Source: Mobula hypostoma
Taxonomy: Eukaryota
Assembly (NCBI RefSeq): GCF_963921235.1
Contig: NC_086097.1
Location: forward strand, 204,354,001-204,418,000
DNA length: 64,000 nucleotides
Direction: 5' to 3'
In this document: piece after piece, positions 37,320 through 50,774 of the stretch
How positions within the stretch are numbered: the stretch's first letter is position 1
Layout of the letters: every line of letters begins with the position of its first letter
The notes under the pieces: model-generated
What the model was told of the DNA's origin: nothing
Seen by the model: the letters and a program-made list of their open reading frames with translations, nothing else
Databases searched by the model: none
Position numbers and translations under genes: made by a program

Positions 37320-37625
37320 ATATCAGAATCAGCCTTAAAATCAGGTTTATTATCGCTGAGTGATATGATGTGAAATCTCTTTGTTTTGTAGCAGCTATAC
37401 AATGCAAGGTCATAAAATTGCTATAAATTATAGTAGTAAATGCAATAAAAGGAATAACGGGGGTAGTGTTAGTGGGTTCATAAAATGTTCAGACATCTGA
37501 TAGCAGAAGGAAAGAAGTTGTTTTTGAATCATTGAATGTGGGTCTTCGGGCTCCTGTACCTCCCCCCGATGGTAATAACAAGAAAAAGGCATGTCCCAGA
37601 TGGTGAGGACGATGTTACCTCCTTG
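37320..37625 (-). mobile_element. Rex1/Babar-like LINE 3' end fragment
   Basis: Matches reverse complement of the 3' end of 26545-28470 (AATAAACCTGATT tail; RYRSPKTHIQ-like). Confidence 0.65.
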
Positions 37626-37964
37626 AAGATAGATGGGACAGTTGAGCCTGAATTCAATAATTACAAATATTCATGCAACTTATCATCATCGGCAAGGTGC
37701 ATTTCTAATTTTACTATGTCAATCCCCTTCACTGGATTGTCTACAGTTAAATACACTATATGACAAAGGAGGAAGCTATTCAGTGATAGGTTCCCTGCCT
37801 GTTTCTTTTGCACCAATTCTATCAGTCCCATTTCACCTCTCCTCTGCACTTGTGAGATTTTTGCATGCCAAGCAACTTCCTTTAGATACATTTTTTCCAT
37901 TTAGATATAGGAAGGGCAATTCTTACAGAAGGTAATTAACTTTTGGGATCAGTGAGGAAACTCA

Positions 37965-39170
37965 GCTGAAACCCATGTTGTCATGAGCAGCCTACATGAA
38001 ATAACAAGCAGGATAGACCAAGGAGAATGGGTGGATGTTGTGAACTTGGATTTTCAGAAGACCTTTGACAAGGTGCCACACATGAGGCTGCTTAACAAGT
38101 TAAGAGCCCATGGTGTTACAGGATAGATATTAGCATGGATAAAGCATTGGCTTTTTGACAGGTGGCAAAGTATGGGAATAAAGGGTGCCTTTTCTGGTTG
38201 GTGCCAGAAACCAGTGGTGTTCCATAGGAGTCAGTGTTAGGACTGCTTCTTTTTATGCATATGTCAATGATTTGGATGACAGAATTGATGGTTTTGTGGC
38301 CATACTTGCAGACAATAAGAAGATAGGTGGAGGGGTAGGTGTAGGTTTTCCCAAATAAAAATGGTAGAGGTGTTTATGAAAACCTATAACAACTCATTTA
38401 TTGTACTTCTAATACTGAACACAGAACAAAGTAAAAGTACTTTACACAATTACGTCATAGCGTCGGACGAGCCTCTTTCAAGTGAACCCCAACTTAATGT
38501 CAGTGACAGTGAATTATATACATTTCCACCAATTACATTATCCTACAGAAGTGCAGATGGAATACAGTGTCAGGAAGTTTATGGTCTTCTACTTTGGTAG
38601 AAGAAATGGAAGTGTAGACTATTTTCTAAATGGAGAGTTGGTGATAAGGAAGACAAATGGGACGTTAGCATTCATTTCAAAAGGACTAGAATGTAAAAGC
38701 AAGGATGTAATGTTGAGGCTTTAAGGCAGTGGTGAGGTCTCACTTTGAGTATTGTGAGCAGTGAATTCAGAAGAATGAGATGGGGGGGGGGGGTCTCAGT
38801 GAAACCTACCGAATGTTGAAAGGCCTCAATAGAGTGGATGTGGAGAGGATGTCTCCTATGATAGGGGAGTCTAAGACCAGAGGACACATTCTCAGAATAG
38901 AGGGACGTCTATTTAGAATAGAGCTGCAGAGGCATTTCTTGATCCAGAGAGTGGTGAATCTGTGGAATTTGTTGCTACAGCTGCTGTCAAGGCCAAGTCA
39001 TTGAGTATATTTAAAGCAGAGGTTGATAGATTCTTGATTAGTCTGGGAATGAACAGATATGGATGGAAGGCAGGAGATTGGGGCTGAGAGGGGAATGGCA
39101 GACTTGATGGACCAAAACGGCCTAATTCTGCTCCTATATCTTTTGGTCTAATAGTCTTATGGTCTTATGG
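37965..39170 (+). mobile_element. Decayed CR1 RT/3' fragments
   Basis: LDFQKTFDKVPH, SKTRGH remnants, (TCTTATGG)n tail; unrelated sequence at ~38345-38550. Confidence 0.85.
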
Positions 39171-40804
39171 ACTCATACAGATAGCTACAAGTCCAGATCA
39201 AACCTGGGTCTTTTGAGATGGAAGGCAGCAACACGAATTGATACACTACCCTGGTGCAATTCTAGATGGCTATAAACTTCTCACAAAATAGCAAAAAGGA
39301 TTTGAGTTTATCTTGGGATTAATAAATTTCCTGAAAATTGGATTATCTACTTTAAAAATGTCAAGTTTTATAATTACTTCTCATAATCTATTACTTTATC
39401 AGCTTGTTGAAAACAAAATGTTCCTAATTATAAGTTATTTTTCTATTGATATTGTCACCTTCTGTGACATTCCTGATTTATAAGGAGATAAATATTTTTT
39501 TAAGATGCTGTTTTCAAACTCTCATTCTCACCACAAATTGGCATGTTGTTCATCCTTTAGCTATTGTATATGTTGTGTAAATACTATACAGCTGTATATA
39601 ATGTATATGCCAGCTAAGATAAACATGCAAATAAGCTCAGAGTGATGAGCTACAATTCCTCTCATTACAGACGCTGTCTAACTTGATCATGTCCACAATC
39701 TTCAGGTTCAACTTTCTCATTCAGATTTACAGCAAACATAGCATCTTGCCTTAGTTCGTCCAGAGAACTGGCTTCCAGTAGATTGTGTCATTTGATCTTG
39801 AACTCACCCAGGGATCACCAAAATGCCGAGTAAATTCCGCTTGAAACAATTGTAATTGAGGTTTCAGCAGTCACAGCTATCTGTATCAATAAATTCTCAG
39901 ATACGTGGAATTGAATTGCAATAGGGTGAAAGAGTGTGAAAGAGTGTTGTAGTTACTATACATGATAAACTGGGATCTGATAAAAATGATGCAGAGGACT
40001 GAGGGAAAATTGGTTATTTAAAAAAAAATGGATGTGTGAAGGCTATAATTTTATAGTACAGGCTGATAAAATTGCATGTCTTTCTGTCCAGTGATTTCTT
40101 TAATTGGAGACATATGCCTTTTGAAGATTATTGCTAATTGATTTATTTCTAGAATGACATGCAATATAAAAAAAGCAATAACTTTCATGGCACCTCCTTC
40201 CTCCACCCCAAACCTTTTTTCAAGCTATGAGTTATTGTTTGGAAATTTTCCAGATAGCTAAGTTGTTCATATATAAAACTTACAGAAGATTAATTATCTA
40301 ATCAACATGCAAGTCTGGCACTTGATCTTTTTTGTTGATCTTATCTTGCTCCTTTAAGGCACAAAAATGCTCCAACATATTTGAGAAAAAAATAGTTGAC
40401 TAAATAGTTGAGTAAAAAGTATAGTTAATGTTAATAATCTCAAGTGAGGAATGCATAATTTGGCTAGTGCCAAGAAAATCTAAATTGTGGTCAGCAGTTT
40501 TACAGATGTCAATCACCTCTTTTTTATTCCGATTGATAATGTGTTGAAAAATTATGTCAGTGACCATGAAAATATTTGCGATGTTCTGAGGTTATGAAGG
40601 TTGTGGAATGAAGCAAATTGATTCTTTTTATTGCTATTCCAAGGTATCAAACTTAACATCTTATCAATGTTATTGACCAACATTTAGCATGTGTACTGCT
40701 GAGTGTGGAAGTTTCTAAACTCACTTGTGATTCTGTGACAGACTGAAACTCAACAATTTTGCACAGAAATTCTGCAGGAACTCAGTGTTTTTACATTCAG
40801 CATT

Positions 40805-41170
40805 ACCAAATGTTGAAAGGACAAGATAGAGTGGATGTGGAGAGGATGTTTCCTATGGTGCGGGTATCCAGAACTAGAGGGCACAGCCTCAAAATTTAGG
40901 GATGACTCTTTAGAACAGAGGTAAGGAGGAATATTTTTAGCCAGAGAGTAGTAAATCTGTGAAATGCTCTGCCTCAGACTGCAGTGGAGGTCAAGGCCAT
41001 GTGTATATTTAAGGCAGAAATTGATTGTTTCCCGATCTGACAGGGCATCAGAAGATATTGTGAGAAGGCAGGTGTGTGGGGTTGAGTGCGATCTGGGATC
41101 AGCCATAATGGAATGGCAGAGCAGACTCAATGGGCTGAATGGCCTAATTCTGATCCAATGTCTTATGGAC
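40805..41170 (+). mobile_element. CR1 3' end fragment
   Basis: DRVDVERMFP, SRTRGHSL, GGCTGAATGGCC stem-loop, TCTTATGG end. Confidence 0.88.
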
Positions 41171-41299
41171 TGTGAATGCTGGTACTCAATTCCATAGTTA
41201 AAGGAAACAAGCCCCTGAAGAAGCCTACATGCCGTGATGTTAACTCTCACTTTTCCAATCTTTAACAAAGATCGTATAGCATGTTTAATGTCTACCACA

Positions 41300-42005
41300 A
41301 GAATTCATTTCATGTCAGAGAAATGTATACAATATACATCCTGAAATGCTTTTTCTTTGCAAACCATCTACGAAAGAGGAGTGCCCCAAAGAATGAATAA
41401 CAGTTAAATGTTAGAACCCCAAAGCACCCCCCCAGCTCCCCTCTCTCCCGTGCATAAGTGGTAGCGAGCAAAAATCCCCCTCCCTCCACCGGCAAAAATA
41501 AAGCACACCTGCTCTCAGCACCTATGCATGAGCAAAGAAATAGCAAAGACACAGACTTGCAGTTACCCCAAAGACTACATTGTTCACCCAATAATTCGCC
41601 ATGCTACAGGCTCTCTCTCTCTTCTAATAAGGGAGAAAGAGGTGACTCCATTCCATTTTCCAGCAAGCAGGGAGACATAACAAACAACTCACTGGATTAC
41701 GATGTTAAGAGTCTGTTACGTCGCTTTTTCCGAGCTCTGTGCCTGGAGATCGCAAGGATCCCGGGTCCCCAGGCACACGGTAGATGTTCCGATTCCCCCA
41801 GCGACACACGGAACTCCTGCGGCGACACCAACCCTTGATTCACCCATCTCCAGTTACTCAAGATCCTAGGCTTCTGAAACCGTGCCGAAATCTTAGGCCA
41901 AGACTTTGGCATGCCGAATAGCGGCCGATTGTGGAACCCCGCGAGGGGGTCCCATTTCTGCAAAGAACCGTAGTCAGCGTGTAACTCCAAGTCAGTGTTT
42001 TCAAT
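41300..42005 (-). mobile_element. Unclassified CpG-rich non-coding repeat (SINE-like)
   Basis: Abrupt composition change; minus-strand end (GGATGTATATTGTATACATTTCTCTGACAT) resembles LINE-type 3' ends in this window; no credible ORF. Confidence 0.45.
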
Positions 42006-42294
42006 GATGAGAATATCATGAGAATACTTACATGAGAATATCACTCATTGACATGCACAAAGATTCCAAATCTGGTTGTGTGCATTAATGGAATTTTATT
42101 GGACTTTAAATGAAGTTAAGACAGACTGAGCAGAGACTTTCCTAACCCATATCAGTATCAATAAACTTGTTTGATTATGCTCCTTTGATCTTTCACGGAA
42201 TGTTTAATTTTGTTAACGGCACAATGTTATTGTTGCTGTCTAATATGGTTTGGAGTCCTTATAGCAGAGAAATGGGAAAGGGGCACAAAAATGT

Positions 42295-42900
42295 AAGTAA
42301 CACAGAGAATGCTGGAAGGATTCAGCAGGTCAGGCAGCATCTATGGAGAGGAAAAACAATTGATGTGACAGGCCGGAACCCTTCATCAGGTTTGGAATGG
42401 AAGGGAACGAAGCCAGGAAAAGAAGGTGAGGGGATGGAAAGGAGTACAAGCTGGAAGGTGATAGGAGAAGCCAGGTGAAGGAGGAGGTAGGTGGATGGGG
42501 GAGGGGCAATGATGGGAAAAGCTGGGAGGTGAGAGGTGGAAAAGGTAAAGGGCTGAAGAGGAAGGAATCTGATAGAAGAGAAGAGAGGGCCATGGGACAA
42601 AGGGAAGGATGAGGGCCAGAAGGAGGTGATAGGTGGGTGAAGTGAAGAGAAGGGTAAAGAGTGGAATTAGAATGAGGAATGGAAAAGAGAGAAGGAGGAA
42701 GGGGGAGAAATTACTGGAAGTTGGAGAAATTAATATTCATACCATCTGGAGTCCTTCTCCAACCTGAGAGTGGCCTCATTGTAGACACAGAGAAGGCCAT
42801 GGACTATGTCAGAATGGGAATGAGGAGTGAATTGAGGACTGGCCACGAAGAAACCTTCGCTATTGCAGACAGAGCAGTTATCCTAAAGAAATGGTTATAC
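42295..42900 (-). mobile_element. Penelope-like 3' fragment
   Basis: Colinear with 44720-45385: purine-rich tract and ATGCTGGA...CAGCAGG...GCAGCATCTATGG terminus. Confidence 0.75.
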
Positions 42901-43209
42901 TAAAATTTCTGACCGATTAACATAAGTCTAGTCTAAAATTTGAAAGCATGAGCAGTTTCAACAAATTGAGATCTCATTTTCCGGGGAAGAGAGAAAGAAA
43001 CTGGATTGGAAAGAAATGTCTCACTCTTTAACTGACCTCTTGAATGTCCTTGACCCTAGTTTTTAATGTACCTTAGTTAATTATTGATTCCTCAAACCAT
43101 AATTCACTGACAAAGAGTAGAATCTATCTACGTGGGTTCAATTAATTATGGGTCATGTACTGTATGTCTTGTATCAAATATGGATCAGGTGACCTGAATT
43201 ATGAAGTAG

Positions 43210-44230
43210 TTTACTTACTTTTTTTAACTTTACTTACTTTATACTTTATTGTCGCCAAACAATTGATACTAGAACGTACAATCATCACAGCGATATTTGA
43301 TTCTGCGCTTCCCGCTCCCTGGATTACAAATCGATAGTAAATATTTAAAAATTTAAATTATAAATCATAAATAGAAAATGGAGAAATGGAAAGTAAGGTA
43401 GTGCAAAAAAACTGAGAGGCAGGTCCGGATATTTGGAGGGTATGGCCCAGAATCGGGTCAGGATCTGTTCAGCAGTCTTATCACAGTTGGAAAGAAGCTG
43501 TTCCCAAATCTGGCCGTACGAGTCTTCAAGCTCCTGAGCCTTCTGCCAGAGGGAAAAGGGACGAAAAGTGTGTTGGCTGGGTGGGTCGTGTCCTTGATTA
43601 TCCTGGCAGCACTGTTCCGACAGCGTGCGGTGTAAAGTGAGTCCAAGGACGGAAGATTGGTTTGTGTGATGTGCTGTGCCGTGTTCACGATCTTCTGCAG
43701 CTTCTTCCAGTCTTGGACAGGACAACTTCCATACCAGGTTGTGATGCACCCTAGAAGAATGCTTTTGACGGTGCATCTATAAAAAATTAGTGAGGGTTTT
43801 AGGGGACAGGCCAAATTTCTTTAGTTTTCTCAGGGAGTAAAGGTGCTGGTGGGCCTTCTTGGCAGTGGACTCTGCTTGGTTGGACCAAGTCAGGTCATTT
43901 GTGATACTGACCCCGAGGAACTTAAAGCTTTTGACTTGTTCCACTTGCGCACCACCGATGTAAATTGGGTTGCGCGGTCCGCTACTCCTTCTGAAGTCAA
44001 CAACTAATTCCCTCATCTTGCTGACATTGAGGGATAGGTTATCATCTTTGCACCATGCCACCAGGTTCTTAATTTCCTCTCTGTACTCAAACTCATCATT
44101 ACCTGAGATACGGCCTACAATTGTTGTGTCATCAACAAACTTACATATTGAGTTCGATGGAAACTTGGTTGCACAATCATGGGTGCACACTGAGTACAGC
44201 AGGGGGCTGAGTACACAGCCTTGTGGGCTG
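43210..44230 (-). mobile_element. Rex1/Babar-like LINE 3' fragment, relatively young
   Basis: PQGCVLSPLLY, KFVDD, FKFLG, FGNSFFPTVIRLLN; AATAAAGTATAAAGTAAGT tail. Confidence 0.92.
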
Positions 44231-44719
44231 AATCTAACTTTAAAGTGATAATAATGTTTTATACATCTATATACCCAAAAAACAGCACTCAAAATGAAAA
44301 CTAACTCAAAACTAGCATCATCAATAACTGGTCATTATTCTGGTTGCATTAATGCTGATTTTGGCCACATTACAATTTCATAACTATTCACATTTTATTT
44401 TGTTTACCCAGAATTACATCGCTATCTGGACAAAACTGATATAGAATTATGTCTCCATATTTAAAGCTTTTTTATTGTGAAAGGGATAAATTGCTTTTTG
44501 TCTTCTAATGCTAATAAAACTGCCTCAACTCCCTTTTGATGCACACGTTAATTTCTTACAATGATTGCTTTGTCTATTGATGCTATTGCAGTTTATCCAG
44601 TTCACTTGAATCTTCTCATTTGGATTGTGGAAGACAAATAAGAACTGACTATCTCAGGTTAGTGATGCTACCCAAAGAGATGTTCTAACCTCAAACACTG
44701 AGTGACAACAGGCCAGTAT

Positions 44720-45385
44720 GAAACACAACTCAAAATGTTGGAGAAACTCAGCAGGCCAGGCAGCATCTATGGAAAAGAATAAACAGTTGATGTTTCAGGC
44801 TGAGGATTGGAGAAGAAGGGGAAAGAAGCCAGAATAAGAAAGTGGGTGGAGGGGAAAGTGTGCAAGCTGGCAAGTGATAGGTGAGGGGTTGAAAAGTGAC
44901 TGGGGAGGGTGTGGGGGGAATAACATGAGAAGCTGGAAGTGATAGGTGGAAGAGCTAAAGGGCTGAAGAAAAAGGAATCTGATAGGAGAGTGGACCATGG
45001 GAGAAAAGGAATGAGGAAGGACAACAGAGGAGGTGATGGGCAATTGAGGAGATGAGAAGGGACAAAAGGGGCGCCAGGATAGGGAATGGAGGAGAGAAGA
45101 GGGAGGGGGAGAAATTACCAGAAGTTAGAGAAGTTGAAGTTCATGCCATTAGATTTGAAGCTACCCAGATGAAATATGAGGTGTTGCTCCTCCAACCTGT
45201 GAGTGGCCTTACAGTGGCAATAGAAGAGATCATGGACTGACATGCTGGAATGGGAATGGGAAGTGGAATTAAAATAGGTAGCCAAGGGAAAATTCCCCTT
45301 TTTGCAGTGGACTGAGCCAAGATGCTTGGTGAAGTGTTCTCCCAATCTATGTCAGGTCTCACCAACGTAGAGGAGTTAAAAGTCA
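44720..45385 (-). mobile_element. Penelope-like element 3' fragment with GIY-YIG C-terminal remnant
   Basis: YVGET upstream, then EHFTKHLGSV...PLATYFNSTSHS...RLEEQHLIFHLGS...NGMN. Confidence 0.82.
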
Positions 45386-45749
45386 CGCACAAATCTTCTA
45401 CAAAGTGTATATTGCCATCCTTTCATCAAGTTAATTATATGGTCTGCAAAGGCTAAAGGAACTTTAAAATATTGTCCATGATCCTGAGGTTTGAACTGAG
45501 GGTCTAAGGAAATTTTGTTCACCGAAAACTTATGTCAGGAATTTAGACAAGACAATAAACACTTCAAGTAAAATTTTTGGATGGAAAGTTTAATTTATAA
45601 AGCCTATCCTATTGGCTCTACAACTTTTTACCTACTTTTCTTCCCTATCTGCTTTATCTGTTGCAGATACCTTTTCTTTGAATTAGTCTCATAAGGAAAC
45701 TTTGTCTTACGGAACCAGGAATTAGTCACTAATCTTCTATATTTAGCTA

Positions 45750-46020
45750 CAACATAAAAAGTAGGCCATTTGGCCCACTGTCTATGCTCATTTTCCCACT
45801 AATTTTACCTGCAAGTTATTCTTTCCCTTTTCCCATCAACTTCCCTGCAGACTCTATCACTCCCCCACAAATAGGTGTCAAATTTAGAATGACTAATTAA
45901 TCTACCATTCCATATGTCATTGGGAATGTATGCAAATAGAGAGCACCAGAGGTCAGGATTGAGTGCAGGTCACTGTACTGTTGTTCAGAAGCTCTACCAT
46001 TTGTGCCATTGCGTTGCCTA
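45750..46020 (-). mobile_element. Degenerate tRNA-derived SINE (V-SINE-like) with CR1-like tail
   Basis: Minus-strand head GGCAACGCAATGGCAC...GGTAGAGC...CAATCCTGACC and GGGCCAAATGGCCT 3' stem-loop. Confidence 0.5.
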
Positions 46021-48104
46021 CACCTTTGTCATGAATAACATCCGCCAAAAGATCTTTTCTGATCTGATTAGATTACTGTGTCCTTTGGGCTATTTCTCAA
46101 CTTCCCCAAGGCAGACTGAACAAACATTTTATGAGTTGAAGTTGGAAATGAATATTTCCTACTGAGAACCTTACAAAACAACCTTAGCTAACATGATTTT
46201 AGGACTATCATACCATCTTTACATAAAAATAAAAGTAATGAAAAAAAGCTGTTCTGTTATCTTTTAATAGGCCATCATCCTTGGCAAAGTCAATATCTTA
46301 GTGTAACTGCTTTGCTACTTCGCAACTCTTATCTGTACTCTATCATCTCTATTCTGTGTTAGCTTTTAAATATACCCACGCTTGTCTCCAGCTGATAACA
46401 CTTGGATTTTAGCTCTGATTTAATGTTTGCTATTTCACCCTGAGCTGCTTTATCATCATAGCAATTAAAATATCCAGTTTCCTTCTCATCTCTGTCCCTG
46501 TCACATTCTTCTACACACAAGCTCTCCAATGTCTGCTCTTAGACTTCTTTTCCAGCAGTGCTAACTTTTGTTTATTATGTACCTAGTCAGAAGATTTGGA
46601 CATTGCTAGCAATGCTGACATTTATTTTCTGTCCCAAAAACAGAAAACACTTTGGAGTCAAACACAGACCTGTCTCAGTCCTGAAATCCATGTCAATTGT
46701 GACCTTATTCTGCTTTAAAAAAATAACCTCAACATGAAACGATAGTGCCTAACACACCTGGCATGAATTAACATCCTGATTGACTCTGTGTCTGATTTTT
46801 TTTAGAAACATAGAAAATCTGCAGCACATTACAAGCCCTTTGGCCCGTAATGTTGTGCCAACCATGTAACCTACTCTAGAAGGTGCCTCGAATTTCCCTA
46901 CTGCATATTTTTCCAAACTACAGGAATTAATTGTCAGATCACGCAAACAGTTAACATTTTTCTCCACTTCTTGAATGCTTCTTTTCTAGACAGCTGTGCT
47001 TATATTTTTCTATTCTTTCTCATTAGTCAGTTCTTTGACACATTGAGGTCAATTTCATGAAACTTCTATAGATTGTTTCTGGAGATTTTGATTGTTAGTC
47101 ACCAAAGCTAGACATTATATTCAAGGTCAGGCCAGTAGTACATTGCCTGATACTTAGTTTTCCAGTGTGCTGAACAACAAAATATTGATTTATCAGTGTT
47201 TATTATGATCTATAATTTGCATCCTGATGAAGAGCGCATTATATGTCATGAAATGTTCCCTAAGTGAAACAATGTTCTCCATTTGCAGCTTCTGAAAGTC
47301 GTCAGGTTCTGAGAACAAAGTTTTTCCGGTAATGTGTGCAGGTTGCATGGCATATTGTCAAAAGATGCTATGATCTGAATGACTCTGCATTTTTCAGCTG
47401 TCTGAGGTCTTTGCCTGCTTCGGACAATGTCATTATACAAAGCACACTTCGTTGCTCTATATTTTAGGCAAATAGAATATTGCTTGAATCTTAAGGCATC
47501 TTGTTGAGAACAAGACCAAAAATCAATAAGATATAGGAGCAGAATTAGGCCATTTGGCCCATCGAGCTTGCTCTGCCATTTCATCATGGTTGATGCAATT
47601 TTCATCTCAGCCCCAATCTCCTGTCTTCTCCCCATATCCCTTCATGCTCTGACTAATCAGGAATCTATCGATCTCTGCCTTAAATATACCCAATGACTTG
47701 GCCTCCTTGGTCGTCTGTGGCAACAAATTCCACAGATTCACCTCTCTCTGGCTAAAGAAATTCCTTCTCGTCTCTGTTATAAGTGGACATCCCTCTATTC
47801 TGTGTCTGCGTCCTCCGGTCTTAGACTCCCCCATCATAGGAAACATCCTCTCCAAATCTACTCTGCAGAGACTTTTCAACATTTGATAAGTTTCAGTGAA
47901 ATCACCCCTCATTCTTCTGAATTCCGGTGAATACAGGCCCAGAACCATGAAACACTCCACATATAATAGGTCTTGGAAACATAGTTGTGAACCTGCTTTG
48001 AGCCCTCTCCAATATAAGCACATCCTTTCTTAGACAAGGGCCCAACCTGCTCACAATACTCCAATCGATGCCTCGCCAGTGCCTTATAAAGCCTTAAAAT
48101 TACA

Positions 48105-48562
48105 TCAAACATGAGAATGTCTGCAGATGCTGGAAATCCGAGAATCACACACAAAATACTGGAGGAACTCAGTAGGCCAGGCAGCATCTTTGGAAAAGAG
48201 TAAACAGTCGACGTTTCAGGTTGACACCCTTCAACAGGACTGGAAAACAATTTGAGAAGTCAGAGTAATAAGGTGGGGGTGGGAAGAAAGAAGCACAAGG
48301 TGGTAGTTGATAAGTGAAACTGGGAAGTGGGGGGAAGGGGTGAAGTAAAGTGCTGGGTGATTGGTGAAAAAGATAAAGGGCTGAGGAGGGAGGATTCTGA
48401 TAGGAGAGGGTAGAAGACCATGGAAGAAAGGAAAGGGGGAGGAGCACCAGAGGGAGGTGATGGGCGGGTAAGGAGATGAGGTGGGAGAGGGAAATTGTGA
48501 AGGGGAGGGCAATTACCGAAAGCTTGAGAAATTGATGTTAATGCCATTAGGTTGAGGGCTAC
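48105..48562 (-). mobile_element. Penelope-like 3' fragment inserted in CR1
   Basis: Same family as 44720-45385; interrupts CR1 RT C-terminal region. Confidence 0.8.
48205..48242 (-). ncRNA. Minimal type I hammerhead ribozyme motif, one core substitution
   Basis: Minus strand: CAGUC CUGUUGA AGG-GUGUCAA-CCU GAAAC GUC GACUG; stem I CAGUC/GACUG, GAAA box, GUC triplet. Confidence 0.65.
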
Positions 48563-50774
48563 CTAGATGGAACTCCTGTAGCTTTTCTTCTTTCTCAACA
48601 CTACCTGCCCTCCACCTACCTTCATATTGTCCACAAACGTGGCCACAAAGACATCAGTTCCTTCAACCAAATCATTGACATATAATGTAAAAAGCAGCGG
48701 TCCCAACACAGATCCCTGTGGAACACCACAGGTCACCAGAAGCCAACCAGAAAAAGCTCCCTTTATTCCCTCTCTTTGCCTCCAGCCATTCAGCCAATGG
48801 TCTATCCATCCTAGTATCTCTCTTATAATACTATGGGCTCTTAACCAGCCTCTTGTCAAAGGCCTTTTAAAATCCAAGTACACTACATCCACCGATTCTC
48901 CTTTGTCTGTCCTGTGTGTTATTTCTTTAAAGAATTACAACAGATTTGCCAGGCAAGATTTTCCCTCAAGGAAGCCATATTGACTGTGGTGTATTTTATC
49001 ATGTGCTTCCATGTACCCTGAAACCACGTCCTTAACAATTGACTCCAACATCTTCTCAGCCATTGACGTCTGACTAACTGGTCTGTAATTTCCTTTCTTC
49101 TGCCACTCTCCCTTCTTAAAGAAGAGAGTGACACTCGCAATTCTCTAGTCCTCTGGAATCATGCTACAGTCTATTGATTCTTGAAAGATTATTCGTAATG
49201 CCTCCATAATCTCTTCAGCCACGACATCAGAACCATGGGGTCCAATTGACTTAACTAACTTAAAACCTTTCAGCTTCTCAAGCACCTTCTATCTAGTAAT
49301 GGCAACTTCACTTTCTTCTGCCCCCTGACACACTTGCACCTTTGGCACACAGCTAGTGTTTTCCACAGTGAAGACTGATGCACAACATTTATTTAGTTCA
49401 TCTGCCATTTCCTTGTACCCCCATTACTACCTTTTCCAGCAGTCCGATATCTACTCTTATCTCTCTTTCACTCTTTATAATCTGAAGAAATTTTTGGTCT
49501 TCTCTTAAACATTATTAGCTAGATTACCTTTGTATTCCATCTTTTCCTCCTTTATGACTTATTTTGGTTGACTTCTGTTGGTTTTTAAAAGCTCCCCAAT
49601 CCTCTAACTTCCCACTAATTTTTGGTCTTATATGTCTTCCCTTTGACTTTTATGTTGGCTTTGACTTCTCTTGTCAGCCATGATTGTGTCATACCACCTT
49701 TATAATACTTTTTCTTTGGGATGTATCTACCCTGTGCCTTCCAAATTGCTTACAGAAACTCTAGCCACTCCACAGTCATCCCTGCTAGTGTTCTCCTCCA
49801 ATTAATTTTAGTCAGCTCCTCTCTCATGCCTCTGTAATTCCCTTTACTCCACTGTGATGCTGATACATCTGACTTTAGCTTCTCCTTCTCAAATTGTAAA
49901 TGTAAATTCTACCATATTATGATCACTGTTTCCTAAGGTTTCCTTTACCTTAAACTCTCTAATCAATTCCAGTTCGATGCAAAACACCAATCCAGTATAG
50001 CTGATCCCCTGGTGGGCTTGCCCCTGAGCTGCTCTAAAAACCCTAACTTGCAGGCATTCGAGAAATTCTTCTAATGAATTGATTTCATTTTTTTTATCAA
50101 CAGAGCCACCCCACCCCCTGTGCCTCTCCTTCTGATATAATGTGTATCCTAGGAGGTTAAGCTCCCAGCTATAATCTTACTTTAGTCACAACGCTGTGAT
50201 TCCCATATCATACATGCCAATCTGTAACTGCGCTACAAGTTCATCTACTTTATTTTGTATACTGTGTGTGTTCAAATATACCACTTTCAGTTCTCCATTC
50301 ATCGCCCTTTTCAGTTTTTCCCCCACTTACATTGCAGCTTATCCCATTGACTGCAGATTTGCTCTATCCTCAGTTTGTCTTCACTAGCAGTCTCACCACA
50401 TATTGCATCTGTTTGTAAACAAAAAAGGGTCCATCCTCAGCCCCATCACTCTAGTTCCTATCATCCTGACAAATTAGTTTAAGCTTTCCTGAATAGCTGT
50501 AGCAAATCTACCAGCAAGAACATTGGTCCCCCTTGGTTTCGGGTGCAACGCGTCCCTTTTGTGCGGGTTGTACCTTTCTCGGAAGAGATCCTAATCCAGA
50601 AATCAGAAACCCTGCCCACTGCACCAGTTCCTCAATCGTGCATTTGTCTGCCAAAACATCCTATTCTTACCCTCACTGGCGTGTGGCAGTGTGAGGTGAA
50701 AGGTGAGGAGGTCCTGAAGAAAGATTTTAGGGAGCTAGGTAGAAAGCTGAGAAGGAGGGCCTTCAGGGATTGGG

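Larger units (their letters stand above)
47512..50768 (-). mobile_element. Decayed, internally deleted CR1 with inverted 5' segment
   Basis: RT remnants (VVYLDFK, GVPQGSVLGP), APE remnants, ORF1 end at ~50474-50690; ORF1 piece 50691-50768 lies on plus. Confidence 0.85.

Noticed and set aside
47289..47330. Possible 40-nt exon (TTTGCAG...CCG|GTAATG)
   Set aside because: Moderate sites only, no supporting homology.
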